Below the pieces are notes generated by a model, which was not told the origin of the DNA, did no database searches, and saw only the letters and a list, made by a program, of their open reading frames with translations. From Eledone cirrhosa (lineage: Eukaryota): DNA of 64,000 bases. Both the position numbers and the translations under genes were made by a program. The stretch lies in contig OZ024756.1 in the NCBI GenBank assembly GCA_964016885.1, positions 17,980,001 through 18,044,000 on the forward strand, written 5' to 3'. This document shows positions 11,687 to 28,229 of the stretch, piece by piece. Every line of letters begins with the position of its first letter. Positions within the stretch are counted from its first letter, which is position 1.

Positions 11687-12876
11687 GAAATATATGGGCA
11701 TTTCTCTGTTTGTCTGTCTGTCTGTCCTTCCCTAAAACTCAAATGTAGGTGCTACAGAAATATTACCTTCCCCTTCCTTTCTCCACTTTGGTACTACCAA
11801 GAGAAACACTGTCACTTTAGAAACATTACCTTCCCCTCTCCACTGACTTTGGTCACTGAGGCCGAGGGAATCGCTGGTTGCTATAGAGACACCTTGCACA
11901 AGCCAGAAGTAACCAGTTCGAGGCGGTTCTGACTTGACACCAGGCCAAGGATCATTTGAAGATATATTTCGATCGTTATATCATAACGTTTATATTTCCG
12001 TCACTAATCTCTTTTTCTCCTTTTTCGTTTTAACATATATTTATATCAAAGATTTCACCGTATAGATAACATATATATTTATACATGCATAAAAGACACA
12101 CCGAGAGACGGTGAACATGTGGTGCCGAAAACATTTCTCCTCCAAATCTCAACAATATCAGTATATACACTAGATTTGCTAGCAGAAAACCGCCCACGGG
12201 TGGTTTTCTGGTAGTCTATATATATAAAACTGAGTATGTCTGTCTGTGTGTGTGTGAGTTCGAATCCCTAAAACTTGAGAACCACCACCGAAACGACTGT
12301 TTTCAAACTTTACACATGTAATACTTATGTTTCAGGGAGTGTTCTGAGCAAAAACAATTTCAAATTTTCAATGCCCTAGGGACCGTATCAGGCGATTTAG
12401 CAATCTCACTCTATAATTCTTAGTCTTTCTCTTTTTAGATAGATACATACATATAACGTCGCGCCCTTATAATATCTGTCTGTATGTCTGGCTGTCTGCA
12501 TTACGTCACTTCCCTGAGGATGTCTGAGTGTGTGTGTGTGTGTGGATGGGTGTCTGGATGTGACACAACTATAGGACATGATCAGTGTTGTATTCCAGAG
12601 TCACAGACTGTTTCTGGTCCTACAACATAGTCACACTCATCCAGAGATCACAACCACAGGAAATATCATCAATGTTGTATTATAGTGTCACTGAGTGCAT
12701 ATACGTGTATGCGTATCTGTGAGTGTGTGTGTGCCTGTCTGTGAGTGTAAGTGGATGGGTGTTCGACTATGCGTCTGAGTGTGTGTGTTATTTTCTAAAT
12801 ATGTACCCCTCTATTCTCCACCCCACCCATCCTATAAACCAATTCCATTCATAAACTCTGTCTCACTCTCTTTCAG

Positions 12877-12898
12877 AACCTCCAGAAAAACCACGGAA
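12877..12898 (+). CDS. Ig receptor cytoplasmic micro-exon (EPPEKPR)
   Basis: Strong acceptor ctctctttcag| and donor AA|gtaagt; 22 nt, phase 1-2. Confidence 0.6.
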
Positions 12899-12933
12899 GT
12901 AAGTTACTATTTTGTTTTATTTTGTGGTTGATA

Positions 12934-13057
12934 TGGTGGTGGTGGTGGTGGTGGTGGTGGTGGTGGTGGTGGTGGTGGTGGTGGTGGTGGTGGTGGTGGT
13001 GGTGGTGGTGGTGGTGGTGGTGGTGGTGGTGGTGGTGGTGGTGGTGGTGGTGGCGGC

Positions 13058-13097
<40 letters not shown>

Positions 13098-13450
13098 ATG
13101 ATGGTTGATATGGTGGTGGTGGTGGCGGCGGTGGTGGTGGTGGTGGCGGTGGTGATGATGGTTGATATGGTGGTGGAGTGGCGGTAGTGGTGGGGTGGGG
13201 GTGGTGGTTGATATGGTGGGGTGGTGGCGGCGGCGGCGGCGAAGATGGTTGATATGGTGGTGGTGGTGGTGGTGGTGGTAGGGTTGAGGGTGGTATAGCC
13301 GTGGTGGGGTGTATAGTAGTATTGGTGGTGGTATAACAGTGGTTGTGGAATAGCTGTGATGATGGTGATGTAGTACTGGAGACATTGGTGTGGGGCTGTC
13401 ATAGTAGTAGTGGTGATGGTGGTATAGTAACTGTGGTAGTGGTGATGGTG
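12934..13450. repeat. (GGT)n/(GGC)n microsatellite
   Basis: Seen directly. Confidence 0.95.
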
Positions 13451-13544
13451 GCGGTGAGAGGTTTGTAAGGATAGAGTGTATCTGTTCTAAAAACAGACAT
13501 AGACACAAATATAAACTATAAGTTGGTATTTTGGTTTTCTTTAG

Positions 13545-13627
13545 CAATCACACAGATGTCAACATGATGAATACAAAACCAGACCTTGTCCATTCCACAG
13601 GGATTGCAAGTACCTATGTATAATAAT
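13545..13627 (+). CDS. Ig receptor cytoplasmic exon with apparent +1 frameshift (NHTDVNMMNTKPDLV / IPQGLQVPMYNN)
   Basis: Acceptor ttggttttctttag| and donor AAT|gtaagt. At 83 nt it is one base too long to bridge phase 2 to phase 0. Confidence 0.55.
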
Positions 13628-14179
13628 GTAAGTCTACTTCACTTATCTTATTTGGACCATACATACACATACTTTGTAGGATTCGGCTTTTGGACAGAAC
13701 TTGATTCCTGATGGTATCTTTAGAGTGGGACAAGAGGGGTTTTCATGGAGCTGGGAGCCATGACAATAAATATATCCTCCACAGATTAAACACAATAATA
13801 TGTATGGAGGCACATGGCTTAGTGGTTAGAGCATTGGCCTTGCAATCGAAAGGTTGTGAATTCAATTCTCAGACCGGGTGATGTGTTGTTTCCTTGAGCA
13901 AGACACTTTATTTCACATTGCTCCAGTTTACTCAGCTGTGGAAATGAGATGATAGGGACTGGGGTCCCTATCATTCCACTGCAAAGTGGTCGTGGAGGTG
14001 CCACGGCAAAAAAGCACCCAGCACTCACTGTAAATGATGTTGGTGTTAGGAAGGGCATCCAGCTGTAGAAATCAAGCCAGAATCAGTTCCCGTCCCACCC
14101 TTGCACGCGGGGAATAGCGGACGTAAAATGATGATGATGATGATGAGTACTCATGGAAATTTGGCCTCTTTTATTATTG

Positions 14180-14845
14180 AATATGTTGTAATGCCTCGTA
14201 GTGTCTGGTAATACCTGATAGTGTGTTGTAATATCTGGTAGTATCTGATAGTGTTGTAGTGTCTGGTAATATCTAATAATGTGTTGTAAGTGTGATGTAA
14301 CGTCTGGTAATATCTGATAGTGTTTTGTAATATCTGGTAGTATCTGATAGTGTTGTAGTGTCTGGTAATATCTGATAATGTGTTGTAACATCTGGTAGTG
14401 TGATGTAATGTCTGGTAATATCTGATAGTTTGTTGTAATGTCTGGTAATATCTGATAATGAGTTGTAATGTCTGGTAGTGTGATGTAATGCCTGGTAATG
14501 TGTTGTAATGTCTGGTAGTGTGATGTAATGCCTGGTAATGTCTGGCAATGTGTTGTAATGTCTAGTAGTGTGATGTAATGCCTGGTAATGTGTTGTAATG
14601 TCTGGTGATGTGTTGTAATGCCTGGTAATGTGTTATGTCTGGTGATGTGTTGTAATGTCTGATAATGTCAGGTAATGTGTCGTTATGTCTGATAATATCT
14701 GGTAGTCTATTGTAATGCAGTGTGTTGTAATGTCTGGCAATGTGTTGTAATGTCTGGTAGTGTGTTGTAATGTCTGGTAATGTGTTGTTATGTCTGGTAA
14801 TGTGTTTTAATGCCTGGTAATGTGTGATAGTCTATTGTAATGTCT
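14180..14845. repeat. Degenerate ~20-bp minisatellite (tgtgttgtaatgtctggtaa-like)
   Basis: Seen directly. Confidence 0.85.
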
Positions 14846-14918
14846 GTTTTGCTTTTATACTCTCCTCCCACAGCTGCTACGTCAATTAATGAATTTTATT
14901 TGTTTTTCCTCTTTTTAG

Positions 14919-15041
14919 GCGTTTGACCTTGGAGGTGAAGAAGAATTAAACTACATTGATGACAAACCTCGCAGCCGCAAACCAGTAATGCCTCTCCACG
15001 GTTCTGTATCCTCTTATGACACAACATTACCTTGTGTCTAG
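14919..15041 (+). CDS. Ig receptor terminal coding exon (AFDLGGEEELNYIDDKPRSRKPVMPLHGSVSSYDTTLPCV*)
   Basis: Acceptor tttttcctctttttag|GCG; open in phase 0 to TAG at 15039-15041. Acidic-preceded Tyr motif EEELNYIDD. Confidence 0.72.
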   Translation, partial: AFDLGGEEELNYIDDKPRSRKPVMPLHGSVSSYDTTLPCV

Positions 15042-15163
15042 TGATGACAGCAATCTACTCTCTCCTCTCTCTCATATTGATATATCACACACCATTTCTC
15101 TCTCTCTCATCTCCCACTTTCACCCACCATTGTGGGAAATGTTTCAACTGCTGCAATACACAT

Positions 15164-15226
<63 letters not shown>

Positions 15227-15394
15227 CTCTCTCTCTATATATATATATACAGGTAAAATTCCGTTATAACAAATTCTTTTTTATACCCGGTGATTTTCAT
15301 GTTAAGAGAATTTCACTGTATATATATATGTAGAGGTACACGCGCATACACACACACATACATATATATATATACACAGGCACACACACACACA

Positions 15395-15438
<44 letters not shown>

Positions 15439-15743
15439 CTTCCATAATTTTATATTCTGCTGATATATCCAGTGTGTGTGATGAGGCATAAGAGAGAATG
15501 TAGGGGCTCAGTCTAAATTTCCCCCAGTAAATTACTAGTACATCAACATTTTCCTCACTGTAAAGTCATCGTTGTTTCATTCTGAAAAGTTCTTAAAGTC
15601 AGAAATTTCCAGAACTGGGAACTATTTCTGGGATATATTTATTTATTAATATTTTGTTTGTTTCTTTGTCTTTTTACTGTTTTTATTATAATCACACTGG
15701 TGTATAGTATGTTGCTTTATAGACAGTATATATATATATATAT

Positions 15744-15845
15744 ATAGGAAAAGAGTCGGGACCCCGACGGCTGAGCTCCAGCTGGTGCAACAGCTAGTTC
15801 AGAACGGCCAGAGCTCAGCCGTCGGGGTCCTGACTCTTTTCCTAT
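15744..15845. repeat. GC-rich inverted repeat (35-bp arms)
   Basis: ataggaaaagagtcgggaccccgacggctgagctc pairs with gagctcagccgtcggggtcctgactcttttcctat. Confidence 0.9.
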
Positions 15846-17161
15846 TACCCACTTTACTACCCATAGTATCAAGTACTCTGGTGTGTTATGGTCCACCTGG
15901 TTCCTTACCACACTTCCTTCGTTATATATATATATATGGCCGTGTAGTTAAGGAGTTAGCTTAGCAACCATGTGCTTTCATGTTGTGTTCAAGCCTTGCC
16001 GCAATTGACTTTGCTTTTCTTCATTCCATGGTTGATAAAATAAAGTAGCGGTCATGTACTGGGGTAAACCTATTCAATTACTGGGCCTTCTACATATATT
16101 AGAAACAATTAGGGTCGATTTAATCGATTTCCCCTCCCCCAAAATTGCTGGCCTTGTGCATATAGTAGAAATCATTATTATTATGGCTGTAATTGGTAGA
16201 GAGTCAGGAACATGCTTTGTGGCATAGAGTTACGGCCCTTTATGTTCTGAGTTCAAATTCCACTGGGGTTAGCTTTGCTTTTCATTCTTCTGGTGTCAAT
16301 AAAATAAAGCACCAGTAATGCACTGGGGTTGATTTAATTGACTTTCTCCTCGCCAAAATTGATTTTGTGCCTAAATCAGAAACTATTATTTCAGCTGAAG
16401 GAAAGGTGAAGGGTTAGCAAAGTCGGTAGAGCAGCAGACAAATGTGTAGCAGTGTTTGTTCTGAGTTCAGATTTAATCTTTAGCATGCTAGAAATTTTTA
16501 TGAATTGCTTCCCTTGACAGTGCAATATATATTAAGGGGAGATTGCTCTTTTGGTGACATAATGCGCCTAGAGTGTGCTGAAGATTAACTTTGTCTGCCG
16601 TCTTTCTGGTGTCAATAAAATAAAGTACCAGTCAAGTACTAGGGCTGATATACACAACTATTGCCCTTCCCAGATGCTGTGCTGAAATGAGAAGGATCTG
16701 TCCAACCCATGCGAAGAACTGACGTAAAAACGATGATGATGATGGTTGTTTGGAATTATGGTGGGTTGGCAGTCGTTAGAGCATCGGAGAAATGCACAAC
16801 ATTATTTGCTCCAGCTGTCTCTTTACATTCTGAGTTTAAATCCCATCCAGTTTAACTTTGCCTTTCATTCTTCCAGAGTCGATAAAATAACGTACCAGTC
16901 AAGTACTGGGGGTTGATGTGATTGACTGTTCTCCTTCATCCTTTGAATTTCTGACGTGTATCTGTGTATGGCATGGGCAATGGTGTAATCATTGCTTCGG
17001 ATAGTAGAATAATCATTTCTTTATTAAACAGAAAAAACAGCTTTAAATCGCTTCTAAAGGTGATGTTTTATATTGGAATTACACGAAAGGTTGTGAGTTC
17101 AATTCTCAGACCGGGTGATGTGTTGTTTCCTTGAGCAAGACACTTTATTTCACATTGCTCC

Positions 17162-21712
<4,551 letters not shown>

Positions 21713-21767
21713 TTGTGCTTAAATGTTCTCACAGGCATACCTTCTGGTAACTTTGTGGATGTATATA

Positions 21768-21824
<57 letters not shown>

Positions 21825-21891
21825 CTCTATCATGTATATGTGTATATGATACAACCGTATCATATACACATATTGTACATGTATATTCATA

Positions 21892-21931
<40 letters not shown>

Positions 21932-23674
21932 TGTGTGTGTATGAGTATATATACATCCCATGCTAGCGTGGAAGAACGGATGTAAAACTGTGATGATGAT
22001 GATGATGCATGTGTGTATGTATATATCATTTTTTTAATCTGATGCTTGACTACACCCAAGACTGCCACAAGTTCTATGCTGTGGAACAACCTATATTATA
22101 TATATATATGTGTGTGTGTGTGTATGTATATTGTTTAATGTGTGTATATGTATATATGTGTGTGTATATATATATATATTATGAGTGTGTGTACATGTAT
22201 ATATATATATTATATATATATATATATCATCATCATCATTTTACGTCCGCTTTTCCCATATATATATATGTATATATATATATATATGTGTGTGTGTATG
22301 TATATTTATGTATGTGTCTGTGTGTGTGTCTCATGTTCTTCGTTTTTTGTGGTAAAGGCTTTATCTCACATAATTATCTCATAATATCGAATCTATGATA
22401 TTTTGATGTTATTTATTTTGAGAACCATACCTTAACATCAGTATGAGTGGCCAGTTACAGCTGGCTTTAACAGAAAGAGGTGAGAAAATTCTGGTTGGAC
22501 ATAACCGGTTTAAATGCTAAAGGGTTAAAGAATTATAGATGATGTGTCTGGGGGAAGTAAGCAAAACAACCGACTGTATTTTTGTTTCAAAACCTTTGTC
22601 TTATCCCTCTGGCAGCAATTTTTGTATCATCTTGTGATTTTGAGGGAGAGGAAGTCAATTAAATTGACCCCAGAGTACCAGTAACTAGCTGGGGTAAATT
22701 TAATTGACTTTCAATTTAATTGACTGTTGGCCTTATGCCTAAATCAGAAACCATTATTATTATCTGCCTGAGGTTAACTTTGCCTTACATCCTTACGGGG
22801 TCAATAAAATAAAGCACCAGTAATGCACTGGGGTAATTGCTGGCCTTTTGCCAAAAGTAGAAAGATTATTATTAACCAAGAGCAATGGCTTGGCAGTATC
22901 GGTAGTGTGTCGGACAACATGCTTCACAGAATAGAGTTACAGCCCTTTGCGTTCTGATTTTAAATACCGTCCAGGTTAACTTTGTCGTTCATCCGTACGG
23001 AATTTGTATAAAATAGAGTACCAGTAATGCACTGGGGACAATTTAATCAATTTTCCCCTTCCCCAAAATTGTTTGCCTTGTGCCGAAATCAGAAACCATT
23101 ATTTGAATGATATCTGTAATACTGACTTAGCTTTTGGTTCTCCTGCTTCGCAGTATAGAGTTACAGCCCTTTTGCATTCTGATTTCAAATCCCGTCCAGG
23201 TTAACTTTGCTTTTCATCCTTACAGGGTCGATAAAATAAAGTACCAGTAAGGCACTGGGGCCAATCAAAGAAATTCCTGAATCTGCTTATCATATTTACT
23301 GCTGTACTATATTTTATTCTATTACTGTTGTTTTCTTTTTTCATTCCATCCCCAACCCTTTTATTTTAAATATTAATTCATCATCAGAAGCTTTTGTTAT
23401 ATTTTGTGAAACAAAAGAAGTTATTTGTTACAATAAACCTTCCTAGGAATTTTAATTCTTCAACCGTCCTTCGCTCGAGTTTCTAGTAAGAGATCCATTT
23501 GAAAAGCAAAACAAAACGGAAAAAAATATATATATAAAAACAAACAAAATGGATCCTTTGGAATGTTCAGTTTTATTTTTACAACTTTTTATATTCAGAA
23601 TTTTTATTAAATAAAGTGAATAATATATATAAATATGTATCTTGTGTTATTTTTGTTAGTCACTATTATTAGTA

Positions 23675-24130
23675 ACATGTTGACTACAAAAGGTTTCTCT
23701 CTATGTACAAAAGAACGACTGTATGATGCCTGCGTGTAAAGTGCATTGCTACATGGTAGTGATATATGGGCAGTAACTGCAGAGGATATGTGTAGACTGG
23801 AGAGAAATGAAGCAACCATGCTTCAGTTTCATTGGATGTGAAATGTAAGTGTGAGAAAAAAAGCAGAGCTTGCATGAGCTGAGGGAAAAGCTGGGTTTAA
23901 GAGGGATCCAGGAGAGAAGACTGCATTGGTACAGATATGAGATGTGCATGGAGGATGATCGTTGGGTGAAGAAGTGGAAGGAAGACCAAGAAAGAGGTGG
24001 TGAGAGCTGACCTCATTGCTGAGACTCAGAAATTACAAAGGAATGCAATGAGTGGAGAGATGCCGTGCTGAGAAGGACCTGTCCTACCCATGCAAGCATG
24101 GAAAAGCTGAACATAAAAACGATGATGATG
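23675..24130 (+). mobile_element. RTE LINE 3' fragment
   Basis: Homologous to 28630-29098; (GAT)n tail. Confidence 0.8.
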
Positions 24131-24224
24131 TAGTATGTGTATATAAATTTTGTGATTATTCCCATGTGTAATATTAATGTGTATTTATATAAAATGTTTT
24201 TGTTTCTTTTCTTACTTTCGTCTA

Positions 24225-24260
24225 TCTTCTGATGAAGGATTAACATCCAAAACCTTGAGA
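24225..24260 (+). ncRNA. Degenerate minimal hammerhead motif
   Basis: TCTT-CTGATGA-A-GGAT(TAAC)ATCC-AAAA-CC-TT-GAGA; G12>A. Confidence 0.5.
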
Positions 24261-24438
24261 CTCTTTACCTTATATATCAAGCAACGTAACCTTACATACC
24301 ATGTAAACGTGAGATTACAAATAAAATTACAAATAATTTATCCTTGTTGACATTTCGCATATATATTTATATATATATATATATATATTCCATCTGACCC
24401 ATGGTAGCGTGGAAGATAGATGTTAAAAGATATATATA

Positions 24439-24759
24439 TATTGTTATACTTTGGGAGTGTCATGTTGCCAATAAGAATTTATAAATTTCCAGTTGGTTGG
24501 TTTCACAACCGGACGGTTGTTCATATAGTCAAAGTTCTTTCGTCACACATTCTGTGACCTTTTCAGTGACTGGATTCTTCCTGGAAGAGGTCACAGAATG
24601 TGTGACGAAAGAACTTTGACAATATATGAACAACCGTCCGGTTGTGAAACCAACCAACCAACCGGAAATTTATAAATTTAATTTATAATAAATTGGAGTG
24701 AAAGCAACTGGTGCGTGTGTTTCCTATTGGCAACATGACCCTCCCAAAGTATAACAATA
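24439..24759. mobile_element. Fold-back element (Penelope-like inverted terminal repeat) with two inverted hammerhead-like motifs
   Basis: Arms 24476-24561/24586-24679 and 24439-24473/24725-24759. The reverse complement of 24527-24571 is AGTCA-CTGAAAA-G-GTCACA(GAATG)TGTGAC-GAAA-GAAC-TT-TGACT. Confidence 0.7.
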
Positions 24760-26779
24760 TCGGTTTCAACACACGTTTTCAGATAAAGAATCTTGCTAAA
24801 CAAATTCAGAAACGATATATATATATATACAGTGAACCCCCAGCATTCGCGGTCTCGGGTATTTGTGGAATTGTGCGTAGAACCTAACAAATAATTGTTC
24901 GTGGAAACCACCACATATTCGCAGAATCGTAAATATCTTCTGCGATTTTTTCATGGCTTTTTTCGTGGTAATATATAATTTTTTACTGCTAAATTATTAA
25001 CAACAATATACCGTATTTGCAGGCCTATTGGACGCCCCTTCACATAAGACGCTTCTTCTTTTTCTATTATATTTTGACGTTTATAGGCATTTTTATGGAC
25101 CACGTCCAATATTCGCAGTTTTTCACTCTTCGCGGGTGCTCTAGGATCGTAAGCCCCGCAAATACCTGGGGGACAACTGTATATATTAAATGTCAATACT
25201 ACAATAAAGATATAACATGAAGAAATTCAGGAACATGTGTTATTCAACCTGCAGTGTTTCAATGAAAAGAGAACTTTCAGTAGGAGAGTTCTGAGTTTTA
25301 GTGGGAAGTAATTTACAGAGAAGTAAAATTACAAATAAGTTATTTATCGTATATGAAGCTGGTAGGTGAAAAAATTAATAATTAAAGAAATCAGAAATTT
25401 CAGGTTGGCCATCTCTTTAAAATGTACGCCGAAACATGACAGCAATTTTAAAAAATCCAGGTGAGAATTTAGGGATCTCTTGCAGATTTTTAATATTTAT
25501 ATCAGGTCTAGATTTTTTTATATTTTCCATTTTATGGAGAAATCTTTACCCCTGTCCTTCAGTTTCTATACCTGGCTTGCCAGCTTCATCCTATTTCTCT
25601 TGTCTGAGTGTCTGAAAGTGGTTTCATGATTTAAGAAAGTTTTTAAATCAACTTTCCAACATGCTAATCTATGTCTAGGTTTCTTTCTGATGTTGATTTG
25701 AAGATGTGACTTCAGCCTCATAAATTATGCTGCAGTGTTAAAAATGTTGATCAAGCAAGCATATATCTGGCTTTTTACATGAGTATCCACAGACTTAAGT
25801 GTTTATTTAACAGGTGGGTTTTCATATTTCTGATACAGGAATATCCTATTTTAACCATTTGGTGGTATTTATGTTTAGGAGGGAAATGTGTGTCTGTAAG
25901 TGCTAAAAACTGTTTACCTACATTAGTTTTGACGTTAACCCTTTAGCATTTACATTACTCTATATTTACTATTGTATTTTTGTGGTAAAGGCTTTATCTT
26001 ACATAATTATATCACATAATGTCGAATCTACGAGATTTTGATGTTATTTATTTTGAGAACTATACCTACTGACGTCTGCTTCCCCGTATGCCTTTAGTAT
26101 GGGCCGTCCGGTGGTGTCCATGAGGAGAGTGTGCACCTTCTCTGGTGTCTGCACATTATGATAATCTCCGATTTCAGCTTGACCGCATCATCCGTTAATC
26201 TCACTATCTCCATGGCCTCGGATAAGCATAGCCTACACTTCCTCTCTCCAGCTGAATATGCATTTGCATGTTGAGCGATACTCCAGTTGAGATCATACGG
26301 CCAATGTGTACCTTTATATACTTTTCTTATATATTTCTTATATATTTTTTATGTGTGTGTATATATAATATATGTAAGAGTATATGTGTGAGTGTGTGTG
26401 TATGTATGTACACACATGTAGAGGGGGAAAATATGTATATATATATATATATGGCTTAGTGGTTAGAACATTGGGCTTGCAATCAAACGGTTGTGAGTTC
26501 AATTCTCAGACCAGGTGATGTGTCGTTTCCTTGAGCAAGACACTTTATTTCACATTGCTTCAGTTTACTCAGCTGTAGAAATGAGATGATAGGGACTGGG
26601 GTCCCTATTATTCCACTGCAAAGTGGTCGTGGAGGTGCCACAGCAAAAAAGCACCCAGCCCACTCTGAAAAGTGGACGTGTAAGCGCCACACAAAAAAAG
26701 CACCCAGCACTCACTGTAAATGAGGTTGGTGTTAGGAAGGGCATCCAGCCGTAGAAAACCTGCCAGATAGTCCTATATC

Positions 26780-28205
26780 ATCATCATCATCATCATCGTT
26801 GAATGTCTATCTTCCACGCTAGCATGGGTTAGACGGGAGTTGTCCCAATTTGAGGCAAAGAGAAAGGGGGGTGTTGGGAGGATGGAGTAGGGGTAGTGGA
26901 TTGGGGTGTATATTTGGTTAAGAGGTGCCTACTGACAGTAGGTTTCGCTTTGTACATAGGCAAGGCGTGACTTCTGTATTACTGCGTGGCGCCAAAGATC
27001 TCAGTCCAGTGACATTGTCTTAGAGAGGTGTAAGTGTGTAAGGTCAGAATTTATCAAATCGTGCCAGGTTTTTCTGGGTCTGCCTACTCCGTAACTTCCG
27101 TCAATTTTGATCGCCCTGCACTTTTTTATACAACTGTCATCTTTCGTGCGCATCACGTGGCCATACCAACGTAGTCTTCTCTCGAGTAAACAGCATCTGA
27201 TCCCTCTTATACCTAACTTCTCACTTAGTTCATTTATGCTTTGCTGTTCACATATATTACTATTACACATCCAGCGGAGCATGCATGCTTCTTTCCTTTC
27301 CAGTCTGCGCAGATCCTCTGCACACAATGTCCATGTCTCACTGTCATGTAACATAGCTGTTCATATGCAGGCATTATACAGTCTGCCTTTCATTTTTAGA
27401 GAGAAACTTTTAGCAGCCAATAGTCGTATAAGCTCTCTGAACTTTTTCCATCCCGTTCTGACTCTGGCTACTGTACTTTCTGAGCACCCTCCACCACTGT
27501 TGATTTTGTCACCCAGGTAACGGAAGGTGTAAACTATTTCTATAGAGCCATCTGGGCAATAGAAGGAACTAGTATCCTGTGGGTACTTGCTACTTATTGC
27601 ACCTGAGCACAGGCCACATATAAAATCTATGTTCTTAGATAGCTTACCTGTGATCCCACTTCATCTTTTATGCACCCATACTTTGCATTTGAGACATAAA
27701 ATGGAATTTCTGCCTACTCCTTTCCTACACACTGAGCATGGCCATTTCCCAGAGGGGACCTGTGCCCTATTTTCCTTCCTACATACTAGAACTTTAGTCT
27801 TAGACAAGTTAACTTTAAGGCCTTTTGATTCTAGGTCATGCTTCCATGTTTCTTCTCTAGTTCAGCCATCAATTTCTTCTCTAGTTCAGCCATCAATTCA
27901 GCTATAAGCGTTAGATCATCTGCATAGAGAAGTTCCCATGGGCAGCCGGTCTTTAACTCCTCTGTTATAGCCTGAAGGGCAATAATAAATAGGAGAGGGC
28001 TAAGGACAGAGCCCTGATGAACACCAACTTTTACGCTAAATTCTTCACTATATTCGTTGTTAATTCTAACCTTGCTGACTGTTTCTTTATACATGGCTTG
28101 TATAGCTCTCACAAGCCATTCATCAACCCCTAGTTTTCTAAGGGCTCACCAGATAATGGCGCGGGGGACTCTGTCAAATGCTTTCTCCAAGTCAACAAAA
28201 GCTGT
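26780..28205 (-). mobile_element. RTE LINE fragment (RT domain to 3' end)
   Basis: VGVHQGSVLSPLLFII, ELLYADDL and RRLRWYGHVMR motifs; (GAT)n tail. Confidence 0.92.
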
Positions 28206-28229
28206 ATATATATATATATATGGTGTGTA

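Noticed and set aside
11965-12480. Helitron-like ends (hairpin agaaaaccgcccacgggtggttttct; tctatatatataaaa start)
   Set aside because: Suggestive only: the terminal CTAG is imperfect and the boundaries cannot be fixed without a repeat library.
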